IMG/VR virus record: IMGVR_UViG_2541047841_000011
Direction: 5' to 3' (one strand)
Length of the DNA: 51,083 bases
From: a virus
Lineage: Duplodnaviria > Heunggongvirae > Uroviricota > Caudoviricetes
The translations under genes and the position numbers were made by a program. The notes beneath the pieces were generated by a model. It was not told the DNA's origin. It made no database searches and worked only from the letters and a program-made list of their open reading frames with translations. This document shows positions 17,914 through 25,941 of this stretch, piece after piece; position 1 is the first letter of the stretch; the number at the start of each line of letters is the position of its first letter.

Positions 17914-18237
17914 GTGAGCACCATTCAAACAGGGATCACAGAGCAGGTTATTGCATGGCTCTTTGACCACCTGCCAACGGTGTATGCAGTAGGCGCGGCG
18001 GTCAGCATTTCCGCGCTGATGAGTCTTTATGACGGACGAACACTGGTTCAGACCGTAACGGGATCGCTGGCGTGCGGCGTTCTTGCCATGGCTGTGGCCG
18101 GGTCGTTGCGCTTCTTCGGTTTTCCTGAAGATGCCGTGACGTTTATCGGCGCATCAATCGGTTTTATGGGGGCAGAGAAAGCACGCGATAAGGTTATTGC
18201 GGCCTTTAATCGCAGGGTGAAGGAGAAGGACGAATGA
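17914..18237 (+). CDS. Holin (three predicted TM helices)
   Basis: GTG start after gpX stop; hydrophobic segments LPTVYAVGAAVSISALMSLY, GSLACGVLAMAVAGSLRFFGF, AVTFIGASIGFMGA; basic C-terminus; precedes endolysin. Confidence 0.6.
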   Translation: MSTIQTGITEQVIAWLFDHLPTVYAVGAAVSISALMSLYDGRTLVQTVTGSLACGVLAMAVAGSLRFFGFPEDAVTFIGASIGFMGAEKARDKVIAAFNRRVKEKDE

Positions 18238-18626
18238 GCAACACATTTAAATTCAGCAGCCGGAGCGAAAAGAATTTGCAGGGCGTAAATCCTGATCTGG
18301 TGAAAGTGACCCGACGGGCACTGGAAATTTCGGAAGTGGATTTTGGTATCACCGAAGGGTTGCGCAGTCGTTACCGCCAGAAGCAACTTGTGGCCACAGG
18401 TAAGAGCCAGACCATGAACAGCCGCCACCTTACGGGACATGCCGTGGATGTTGTGGCTTATATCGGCAGCCAAGTGTCATGGGAATGGCCGCTGTACGAA
18501 AAAATCGCAGCCGCATTCAAACAGGCCAGCCGGGAACTGAATATTCCGGTGGAATGGGGCGGCGACTGGAAGACCCTGAAAGACGGACCGCATTTTCAGT
18601 TACCACACGGAGCCTATCCGGCATGA
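18234..18626 (+). CDS. Endolysin, peptidase M15-type (L-Ala-D-Glu / D-Ala-D-Ala peptidase fold)
   Basis: 130 aa; Zn-binding signature SRHLTGHAVDV and DGPHFQ; ATGA overlap with holin. Confidence 0.8.
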   Translation: MSNTFKFSSRSEKNLQGVNPDLVKVTRRALEISEVDFGITEGLRSRYRQKQLVATGKSQTMNSRHLTGHAVDVVAYIGSQVSWEWPLYEKIAAAFKQASRELNIPVEWGGDWKTLKDGPHFQLPHGAYPA

Positions 18627-19030
18627 AGCTCTGGCCAACGCTTGGCGTTGCTTTCCTTCTGATTGCCGGATGGGGAACATCCATGCGTCTGTCATGGTCG
18701 CTGGGCCGGGAGAACGCCAGAAACGAAGCGCAGGCCAGCACCCTGAAACGTACCGCCGACACCCTGAATATCATCAGCGCCGGGGTACAGGATATGCAGC
18801 AGGTGCTGGCGCAACTCCGCGTGGAAAATCAGCAACGCAATCAGGACGGAGAGGCAAGACGTGAACAGCTACGCAACGATATTGCAAAAGATGAATGCGC
18901 CCACGCTTTGCCTGACGCTCGTTTTACTGACAGGCTGCGCAGGCACGCAGAACGCGCTACGGCCAGCGCCGTCAGTCCGGCTTATACCGCAGACGCTGAC
19001 CATACCGGTAACGCCTCCCCCCTTCCCTGA
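18623..19030 (+). CDS. i-spanin (Rz/LysB-like)
   Basis: Internal ATG of ORF 18479..19030; N-terminal TM (MKLWPTLGVAFLLIAGWG) then coiled-coil-like periplasmic domain. Confidence 0.6.
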   Translation: MKLWPTLGVAFLLIAGWGTSMRLSWSLGRENARNEAQASTLKRTADTLNIISAGVQDMQQVLAQLRVENQQRNQDGEARREQLRNDIAKDECAHALPDARFTDRLRRHAERATASAVSPAYTADADHTGNASPLP

Positions 19031-19181
19031 CACTCCCACATGGGGAAATCTCGGTATATGGGGCGACCGCCTTCTGGATGCACTGGAAACCTGTAACGCG
19101 GATAAACGGGCCATTGAATTACTGGAACAGCGCAGGCTGCAACGACTGAACAACGAGGACAACAACCATGCTGAAAACTGA
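18891..19181 (+). CDS. o-spanin lipoprotein (Rz1/LysC-like), overlapped out of frame with i-spanin
   Basis: Lipobox LLTGC then proline-rich segment; starts inside the i-spanin gene and extends past it, as in P2 lysB/lysC. Confidence 0.55.
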   Translation: MNAPTLCLTLVLLTGCAGTQNALRPAPSVRLIPQTLTIPVTPPPFPDTPTWGNLGIWGDRLLDALETCNADKRAIELLEQRRLQRLNNEDNNHAEN

Positions 19182-19635
19182 TTCCCTGCGTGAAGCCATG
19201 ACCCGTTCATGCCGATGGTGTCAGGCCAACCCGGAAAAATTCACCATTTTCGTGGAGAGCGGCAACATTGAAACGACCGGAGAAACGCCCTCGTTTGTTT
19301 ACCGCTATCAGATGGTGATGTTTGTCATGGATTACGCCGGGGAGCTGGACGACCTCACGCTGCCGCTACTGGCGTGGTTATCCGAAAATCAGCCACAGTT
19401 GTTGCTCAATCCGGAGCGTAATCAGGACATCAAATTCTCCGCCGTTATCAATGACGATGACAGCGCCGATCTCCTGTTTACGCTCCCCCTGCGGGAACGC
19501 GTTCGCATTACGCGCAGCAGTCAGGGGACACCGCAGGCAGAGCACCTGCCGGAGCCAAAACCCCGTCTGCCATCTTCCGAAGGCGACTGGTCGCATATAT
19601 TCCAGGATGTGACGTGGGGTGAAAGCGATGGATAA
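19168..19635 (+). CDS. R: Tail completion protein (P2 gpR-like)
   Basis: 155 aa, N-terminus MLKTDSLREA; synteny. Confidence 0.8.
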   Translation: MLKTDSLREAMTRSCRWCQANPEKFTIFVESGNIETTGETPSFVYRYQMVMFVMDYAGELDDLTLPLLAWLSENQPQLLLNPERNQDIKFSAVINDDDSADLLFTLPLRERVRITRSSQGTPQAEHLPEPKPRLPSSEGDWSHIFQDVTWGESDG

Positions 19636-20263
19636 GGCATTCACCCGTGTGGATGAAACCTTTGAGGCCATCCGCGACAGCCTGAATCAGCAGGCCATCA
19701 ATAACATCGCCAGAAAGCTGGCACAGGATTTACGCCGCGCCCAGCAGGCGCGCATCCGGTCACAGAAAGCGCCGGACGGGACCGCATGGACACCACGCAG
19801 ACGCCGCGTAACCCGGATACAGGAGCGCATTCGCTTTATCTGGAATAACGAAGCACGCACGCTGAAAAACTGGCATCACGACACGGGGAAATACGGGCGA
19901 ACCATTACCGGGTGGGATGAGGATAAAAACAATATCCGCACGTTTTACCGGGATGACATCGACCGTTTTCTGGAAATACGCACCCGGCGCATCAACCAGG
20001 ACAGCACAAAGCGCGTCCCCATGTTCGTAAAACTGCGCACCGCCCGCTACCTGAAAGCCCGTGCAGATGCTTCCGGTGTGACGGTGGGTTACAGCGGCGT
20101 GGCCGCACGTATTGCACGCGTTCATCAGTTCGGTGAGCGCGATCAGGTTGCGCCGGGCATTTTCACCGATTACCCGGTACGTGAGCTGCTGGGTATCAGC
20201 CAGGCAGATGAGCGCCTGATTTATAACACGGTGCTGGGCCGGATTGCGGAGGCTGTACGGTGA
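19628..20263 (+). CDS. S: Tail completion / virion morphogenesis protein (P2 gpS-like)
   Basis: ATG at 19628 inside ORF 19619..20263; synteny. Confidence 0.78.
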   Translation: MDKAFTRVDETFEAIRDSLNQQAINNIARKLAQDLRRAQQARIRSQKAPDGTAWTPRRRRVTRIQERIRFIWNNEARTLKNWHHDTGKYGRTITGWDEDKNNIRTFYRDDIDRFLEIRTRRINQDSTKRVPMFVKLRTARYLKARADASGVTVGYSGVAARIARVHQFGERDQVAPGIFTDYPVRELLGISQADERLIYNTVLGRIAEAVR

Positions 20264-20841
20264 GCGCAGAACTCATGCGACTGCTGAGCAACATCATCCG
20301 TACCGGGATCATCTCTGAAGTTGATGAGGAATCCTGGTGCGTGCGCGTTCGCAGCGGCGAACTGGAAACAGGCTGGCTGCGCTGGAACACCACGCGCGCG
20401 GGAGCCTTCAATGTATGGCTGCCGCCATCACCAGGCGAACAGGTGGTAATTGCCTGCATTGGCGGCAACCCGGAAACCGCCATGATAATTGGCAGCCTGT
20501 GGAGTGATGCCAGTCCGGCCCCCGGCAAAAGCCTGAAAGAAATCGTGGTCAGCGCGCCGGATGGCGCGGTGTTCCGCTACGACGCGGAAGCAGGCGCACT
20601 GAGCGCCAGCGGCATGAAAACAGCCACCCTGCAGGCATCCGTCAGCGTGACACTGGACACGCCCGTCGTGGAATGCACAGACCTTCTGAGAACGGCGACG
20701 CTTGACGTCACAAAAGGAGGAAAGATGAGCGGCAATATCACGCACAGCGGCGGCAACTTCACCTCAAACGGCATTACCGTGCATACGCATAAACACGGTG
20801 GCGTGAAAGGCGGCAGCGATTCGACAGGAGGCCCGCAGTGA
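20260..20841 (+). CDS. V: Baseplate spike/hub protein (P2 gpV-like)
   Basis: 193 aa; C-terminal GNITHSGGNFTSNGITVHTHKHGG as in gpV; GTG start overlaps S stop. Confidence 0.9.
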   Translation: MSAELMRLLSNIIRTGIISEVDEESWCVRVRSGELETGWLRWNTTRAGAFNVWLPPSPGEQVVIACIGGNPETAMIIGSLWSDASPAPGKSLKEIVVSAPDGAVFRYDAEAGALSASGMKTATLQASVSVTLDTPVVECTDLLRTATLDVTKGGKMSGNITHSGGNFTSNGITVHTHKHGGVKGGSDSTGGPQ

Positions 20842-21188
20842 CAACCCGCTACACAGGAATGAATCCGGACGGGACGGGAAACCTGAACGATATGGAGCAC
20901 CTGAAACAGTCAGTCAGGGATATCCTGACCACCCCGCTGGCAAGCCGGGTTATGCGACGGGAATATGGCAGCCTTGTGCCTGATTTGATTGACGAACCCA
21001 TGAATAACACCACGCGTCTGCAATGCATGAGTGCTGCCGTGATTGCGCTGACACGATGGGAACCCCGCATTGCCCTGGATGCCATCGACGTTGTCTGGAA
21101 AGCGGGAGGCCGCGCCGGGGTGACGCTGTCGGGCACTGTCATGCAGACCATGCAGAATGTTGAATTAACCATCACGCTGAGGGAGTAA
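20838..21188 (+). CDS. W: Baseplate wedge protein (P2 gpW-like)
   Basis: 116 aa, MTTRYTGMN...RVMRREYGS as in gpW. Confidence 0.85.
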   Translation: MTTRYTGMNPDGTGNLNDMEHLKQSVRDILTTPLASRVMRREYGSLVPDLIDEPMNNTTRLQCMSAAVIALTRWEPRIALDAIDVVWKAGGRAGVTLSGTVMQTMQNVELTITLRE

Positions 21189-21191
21189 ATC

Positions 21192-22088
21192 ATGCCTGCC
21201 GTTGACCTTTCCCAGTTACCGGAACCCGCCATCATCGCGGAGCCTGACTTTGAGGCAATTCTGGCTGACACAAAGGCCATGATGATTGCGGCTTATCACG
21301 CCGAACAGCGTGAAGCCGTTTCCGCCGCGCTGGAGCTGGAATCGGAACCCCTGAACGTTATCGCCCAGACAACAGCGTTTCGTGAAATGCTGTTACGCCA
21401 GCGGGTCAATGAGGGGGCACGCGCCTGCATGTTAAGCCACAGCGCCGGGACAGACCTGGACAACCTCGCGGGCAATATGAACACAAAGCGCCTGACCATC
21501 ACTCCGGCAACGGATACCACCGACGCAGTGATGGAAAGTGACACCTCGCTGAGACTGCGGGCGCAGCGGGCGTACGATGGCCTGAGTGTTGCTGGCCCGT
21601 CAGGTGCATACGAGTATTTTGCCCGCAGCGCCAGCGGTCTGGTGCGTGATGCGCGGGCTATCAGTCCGTCTCCGGCAAATGTGACGGTTTCCATTCTGTC
21701 CACTGAAGGCGACGGCACAGCAACGGAGGCGTTGCTTAATACCGTTCGCGCCGTTCTGAATGCAGAGGACACCCGCCCGGTGGCCGACCGCCTGACCGTA
21801 CAGAGCGCCAGAATCGTGACATGGCGGCTGAATGCAAAACTGTACTTTTACCCCGGTCCGGAATCCGAACCTATTCTGGCTGCGGCGGAATCGTCGTTCA
21901 GGAAGTGGCTGGCTGAGCAGGGGCTTATCGGTCAGGACGTGGCGTTGTCCGCCATTGCTGCCGCACTGCATGTGCACGGTGTGCAACGCGTGGAGATAAT
22001 CGAACCCACACAGAATATGGCCATCAGCGACATACAGGCGGCGCGCTGTGAGTCATTCACCATCAGCGAAGGTGGGCGCAATGAGTAA
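21192..22088 (+). CDS. J: Baseplate assembly protein (P2 gpJ-like)
   Basis: 298 aa; GGGAG RBS; synteny. Confidence 0.88.
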   Translation: MPAVDLSQLPEPAIIAEPDFEAILADTKAMMIAAYHAEQREAVSAALELESEPLNVIAQTTAFREMLLRQRVNEGARACMLSHSAGTDLDNLAGNMNTKRLTITPATDTTDAVMESDTSLRLRAQRAYDGLSVAGPSGAYEYFARSASGLVRDARAISPSPANVTVSILSTEGDGTATEALLNTVRAVLNAEDTRPVADRLTVQSARIVTWRLNAKLYFYPGPESEPILAAAESSFRKWLAEQGLIGQDVALSAIAAALHVHGVQRVEIIEPTQNMAISDIQAARCESFTISEGGRNE

Positions 22089-22611
22089 TTCGTTGTTACC
22101 ACCATCAGCCAGCAATTTCATGCGTTGTGCCGAAGCCGTCGGAACACGCATTACAGACATTCCGGTAGACCTCAACACACTGTGGTCGCCGGATACCTGC
22201 CCGGTGCATCTGCTGCCCTATCTCGCCTGGGCATTTTCCGTTGACCGCTGGGATCGCAACTGGCCGGAAGAGACAAAGCGACAGGTTATTCGTGATGCAT
22301 GGCTGATACACCGACACAAAGGGACCATCAGCGCACTGCGCAGGGCCATTGAGCCGCTGGGATACCTCATTCGCGTGTCTGAGTGGTGGGAGTTCGGCGG
22401 AGAACCGGGAACATTTACCGTTGAAGTCGGCACACTGGACAGTGGCGTGACGGAGGAAATGTATCTGGAAATGGAGCGGTTGATTGCTGATGCCCGCCCG
22501 GTCAGCCGCCACATGACAGGGCTGAATATCATTCAGGAAATTCCGGGGGATATTTTCGCAGCGGCGGCAACTTATGACGGTGAAGTTATTACCATTTATC
22601 CGGACGATTAA
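22081..22611 (+). CDS. I: Baseplate protein (P2 gpI-like)
   Basis: ATG at 22081 inside ORF 22048..22611 gives 176 aa; overlaps J stop. Confidence 0.83.
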   Translation: MSNSLLPPSASNFMRCAEAVGTRITDIPVDLNTLWSPDTCPVHLLPYLAWAFSVDRWDRNWPEETKRQVIRDAWLIHRHKGTISALRRAIEPLGYLIRVSEWWEFGGEPGTFTVEVGTLDSGVTEEMYLEMERLIADARPVSRHMTGLNIIQEIPGDIFAAAATYDGEVITIYPDD

Positions 22612-22613
22612 GC

Positions 22614-24848
22614 ATGAGTACCACAACACGAAAATTTAAAACCGTTATCACCGATACAGGTGCAAAAAAATTAGCTCAGGCAGCCGCGCCAGATGGTAAG
22701 CCTGTCCGCCTGACTCATATGGCCGTGGGCGACGGTGGCGGCACGTTGCCCACACCAGACAGTAAGCAGACCCGTCTGGTGCATGAGGTGTGGCGACACA
22801 CTGTTAATCGCGTCATCCTGGACGCAACACATCAGAACCGCATTATTGCGGAGCTGGTTATACCTCCTGAAACGGGCGGATTCTGGATCCGGGAAATTGG
22901 TGTATTTGATGAGCACGGCGATTTAATCGCGGTGGGCAATACTGCCGAAAGTTACAAGCCAACCGTTGCCGAGGGGTCCGGACGTGCACAAACATTTCGC
23001 ACCATTCTGACCGTATCCAGCACTGCCAGCGTGGCGCTTACCGTGGATAACACCATGGTGATGGCCACAGTGGATTACGTGGATGACAAACTGAAAGAGC
23101 ATGAACAGTCACGACGTCACCCGGATGCCTCGCTGACCGCAAAAGGCTTTGTTCAACTCAGTAGCGCCACTAACAGCGATTCTGAAACGCTGGCCGCAAC
23201 GCCGAAAGCGGTTAAGGCCGCGTATGACCTGGCTAACGGAAAATATACCGCTCAGGACGCCACGACGGCACGAAAAGGGATAGTCCAGCTCAGCAGTGCA
23301 ACCAACAGCACGTCTGAAACGCAGGCTGCAACGCCGAAAGCAGTAAAGGCGGCATATGACCTTGCTAACGCAAAATATACCGCTCAGGACGCAACGACGG
23401 CACGAAAAGGGATAGTTCAGCTCAGTAGCGCCACTAACAGCCCGTCTGAAACGCTGGCTGCGACACCAAAAGCGGTTAAGGCGGTAATGGATGAAACGAA
23501 CAAGAAAGCGCCTTTAAACAGTCCTGCGCTGACCGGAACGCCAACAACGCCAACTGCGCGACAGGGAACGAATAATACCCAAATCGCAAGCACGGCTTTC
23601 GTTATGGCTGCGATTGCCGCCCTTGTAGATTCGTCACCTGACGCACTGAATACGCTGAACAAGTTAGCGGCGGCGCTGGGAAACGACCCGAATTTTGCGA
23701 CCACCATGACTAACGCGCTTGCGGGTAAGCAACCGAAAGATGCCACCCTGACGGCGCTGGCCGGGCTTGCTACTGCGGCAGACAGGTTTCCGTATTTTAC
23801 GGGGAATGATGTCGCCAGCCTGGCAACCCTGACAAAAGTCGGGCGGGATATTCTTGCGAAATCGACCGTTGCTGCCGTTATCGAATACCTCGGTTTACAG
23901 GAAACGGTAAATCAGGCTTCTGGCGCATTACAGAAAAACCAGAACGGCGCAGATATTCCGGGTAAAGATACCTTCACCAAAAACATTGGTGCCTGCCGCG
24001 CATATAGCGCATGGCTGAATATTGGTGGCGATAGTCAGGTCTGGACAACTGCGCAATTTATTTCGTGGCTGGAGAGTCAGGGGGCATTTAACCATCCTTA
24101 CTGGATGTGCAAAGGCTCATGGGCTTATGCAAATAATAAGGTCATTACAGATACAGGTTGCGGAAATATTTGTCTTGCAGGTGCTGTGGTGGAAGTTATT
24201 GGCACTCGCGGCGCAATGACCATACGCGTTACTACGCCGAGTACGTCCAGCGGCGGCGGAATTACTAACGCTCAATTCACCTATATTAATCATGGTGATG
24301 CTTATGCTCCTGGCTGGCGACGAGACTACAACACGAAAAACCAGCAGCCTGCATTTGCTTTAGGGCAAACAGGACGCAGGGTCGCAAATGATAAAGCTGT
24401 TGGCTGGAACTGGAATAGCGGTGTTTATGATGCAGATATCAGTGGTGCATCGACATTAATCCTCCACTTCAATATGAATGCGGGGAGTTGCCCTGCTGTA
24501 CAGTTCCGCGTGAATTACAGGAACGGCGGTATCTTTTATCGTTCAGCGCGTGATGGTTATGGCTTTGAAGCTAACTGGTCAGAGTTTTACACCACAACCC
24601 GCAAACCCTCTGCGGGGGATGTTGGTGCATATACGCAGGCAGAATGTAATTCAAGGTTTATTACAGGTATTCGCTTGGGCGGTCTGTCATCTGTTCAGAC
24701 ATGGAATGGTCCCGGCTGGTCTGACAGGTCAGGTTATGTCGTTACGGGTTCAGTTAACGGAAACCGTGATGAATTAATTGATACAACTCAGGCAAGGCCA
24801 GTTCAGTATTGCATTAATGGGACGTGGTATAACGCGGGGAGTATTTAA
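22614..24848 (+). CDS. H: Tail fibre protein H, variant 1 (constant N-terminus plus variable C-terminus Hv1)
   Basis: 744 aa; N-terminal part with 44-aa SSATNS...ATPKAVK repeats identical to the 842-aa mirror ORF up to ...[10 protein letters not shown]; C-terminus diverges after the 26-bp crossover site at 23878..23903. Confidence 0.9.
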   Translation: MSTTTRKFKTVITDTGAKKLAQAAAPDGKPVRLTHMAVGDGGGTLPTPDSKQTRLVHEVWRHTVNRVILDATHQNRIIAELVIPPETGGFWIREIGVFDEHGDLIAVGNTAESYKPTVAEGSGRAQTFRTILTVSSTASVALTVDNTMVMATVDYVDDKLKEHEQSRRHPDASLTAKGFVQLSSATNSDSETLAATPKAVKAAYDLANGKYTAQDATTARKGIVQLSSATNSTSETQAATPKAVKAAYDLANAKYTAQDATTARKGIVQLSSATNSPSETLAATPKAVKAVMDETNKKAPLNSPALTGTPTTPTARQGTNNTQIASTAFVMAAIAALVDSSPDALNTLNKLAAALGNDPNFATTMTNALAGKQPKDATLTALAGLATAADRFPYFTGNDVASLATLTKVGRDILAKSTVAAVIEYLGLQETVNQASGALQKNQNGADIPGKDTFTKNIGACRAYSAWLNIGGDSQVWTTAQFISWLESQGAFNHPYWMCKGSWAYANNKVITDTGCGNICLAGAVVEVIGTRGAMTIRVTTPSTSSGGGITNAQFTYINHGDAYAPGWRRDYNTKNQQPAFALGQTGRRVANDKAVGWNWNSGVYDADISGASTLILHFNMNAGSCPAVQFRVNYRNGGIFYRSARDGYGFEANWSEFYTTTRKPSAGDVGAYTQAECNSRFITGIRLGGLSSVQTWNGPGWSDRSGYVVTGSVNGNRDELIDTTQARPVQYCINGTWYNAGSI
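23141..23490 (+). repeat. 132-bp tandem repeat (2.6 units) inside tail fibre gene
   Basis: Units start at 23141, 23273, 23405; encode 44-aa fibre repeat [44 protein letters not shown]. Mirror 27594..27943. Confidence 0.85.
23878..23903. other. Left crossover site for a Gin/Hin/Cin/Pin-family serine invertase (gix-like)
   Basis: TTATCGAATACC-TC-GGTTTACAGGAA, a 12-2-12 imperfect palindrome matching the Din-family site as I recall it (Mu gix about TTATCCAAAACC-TC-GGTTTACAGGAA), at the constant/variable junction of the fibre gene. Confidence 0.75.
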
Positions 24849-24850
24849 CG

Positions 24851-25384
24851 ATGATGCACTTAAAAAACATTACTGCTGGCAACCCTAAAACAAAAGAGCA
24901 ATACCAGCTAACGAAACAATTTAACATCAAATGGCTTTATTCAGAGGATGGAAAAAACTGGTATGAGGAACAAAAGAATTTCCAGCCAGACACTTTGAAA
25001 ATGGTCTATGACCATAACGGCGTTATTATTTGTATTGAAAAGGATGTTTCAGCAATTAATCCGGAAGGCGCAAGCGTCGTTGAATTACCTGATATTACAG
25101 CAAATCGCCGTGCTGACATTTCGGGTAAATGGATGTTCAAAGATGGCGTAGTGGTAAAGCGAACTTATACCGAGGAAGAGCAGAGGCAGCAGGCGGAAAA
25201 TGAAAAGCAAAGCCTGCTACAGCTCGTCAGGGATAAAACCCAGCTATGGGACTCACAGCTACGGCTGGGCATCATTTCCGACGAGAATAAACAAAAATTA
25301 ACAGAGTGGATGCTCTTTGCGCAGAAAGTCGAATCTACAGACACTTCCAGCCTGCCAGTAACGTTTCCCGAACAACCAGAATGA
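24851..25384 (+). CDS. G: Tail fibre assembly protein, variant 1 (P2 gpG / Mu U-like)
   Basis: 177 aa, MMHLKNITAGNPKT...[14 protein letters not shown]; immediately follows Hv1. Confidence 0.85.
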   Translation: MMHLKNITAGNPKTKEQYQLTKQFNIKWLYSEDGKNWYEEQKNFQPDTLKMVYDHNGVIICIEKDVSAINPEGASVVELPDITANRRADISGKWMFKDGVVVKRTYTEEEQRQQAENEKQSLLQLVRDKTQLWDSQLRLGIISDENKQKLTEWMLFAQKVESTDTSSLPVTFPEQPE

Positions 25385-25387
25385 GAG

Positions 25388-25414
25388 AAGGCCTGATATC
25401 GGGCCTTAATTTTT
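25388..25414. terminator. Bidirectional hairpin between convergent tail-fibre assembly genes
   Basis: AAGGCC-TGATATC-GGGCCTT followed by AATTTTT; lies in the 28-bp gap between stops at 25384 and 25413. Confidence 0.5.
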
Positions 25415-25940
25415 ACTCAGGCTTTTGTGGCCATTCGGGCTTTGCCGTATCCACACGGCTGACCATAACACTGTAGCGTTCCCATGACTCCAGTCGTGCG
25501 CATTCCTCATCCGTCGCCATATTCAGCCTGACAGCGCGTTCCAGTGGCTGAATAACGCTTTCCGCTTCGGAAAGTAACGCGGCCTTTTGTGATTCTGCCT
25601 GTTGTTGCTGTTCATCTGCCGTATAAATCCGTTTAACCACAGCACCATCCTTAAACATCCATTTACCTGAGTCGTCAGCACGTCGGTTGGAGGTAATATC
25701 AGGAACCTCAACAACGCTAAAACCTTCAGGATTAAGCGTTGAAGCATCTCTGGTGATAGCGACAATAATATTATTTTCATCGTAAACAATCTTTATTGTG
25801 TCTGACTGAAAGTTCTTCACTTCCTCATACCAGTTTTTCCCGTCTTCAGTGTAAAGCCAGATGACTCCATGCTTCTTTGTTAACTCATACTGTTCCAGTG
25901 TTTTAGCGTTACCCGCTTTTATGTTCTTTAAGTGCATCAT
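25413..25940 (-). CDS. Tail fibre assembly protein, variant 2 (Mu U-prime-like)
   Basis: 175 aa, [14 protein letters not shown]...[14 protein letters not shown]; homologous to but distinct from variant 1. Confidence 0.85.
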   Translation of the reverse strand: MMHLKNIKAGNAKTLEQYELTKKHGVIWLYTEDGKNWYEEVKNFQSDTIKIVYDENNIIVAITRDASTLNPEGFSVVEVPDITSNRRADDSGKWMFKDGAVVKRIYTADEQQQQAESQKAALLSEAESVIQPLERAVRLNMATDEECARLESWERYSVMVSRVDTAKPEWPQKPE

Positions 25941-25941
25941 A

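Larger units (their letters stand above)
1..23896. repeat. Left arm of giant inverted repeat (exact mirror of 27188..51083)
   Basis: Every ORF of 60 aa or more here has an identical-length, identical-translation partner at 51084-x on the other strand; first 30 nt of window are the reverse complement of the last 30; intergenic spot checks (1021..1061 vs 50023..50063) also mirror. Confidence 0.9.
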
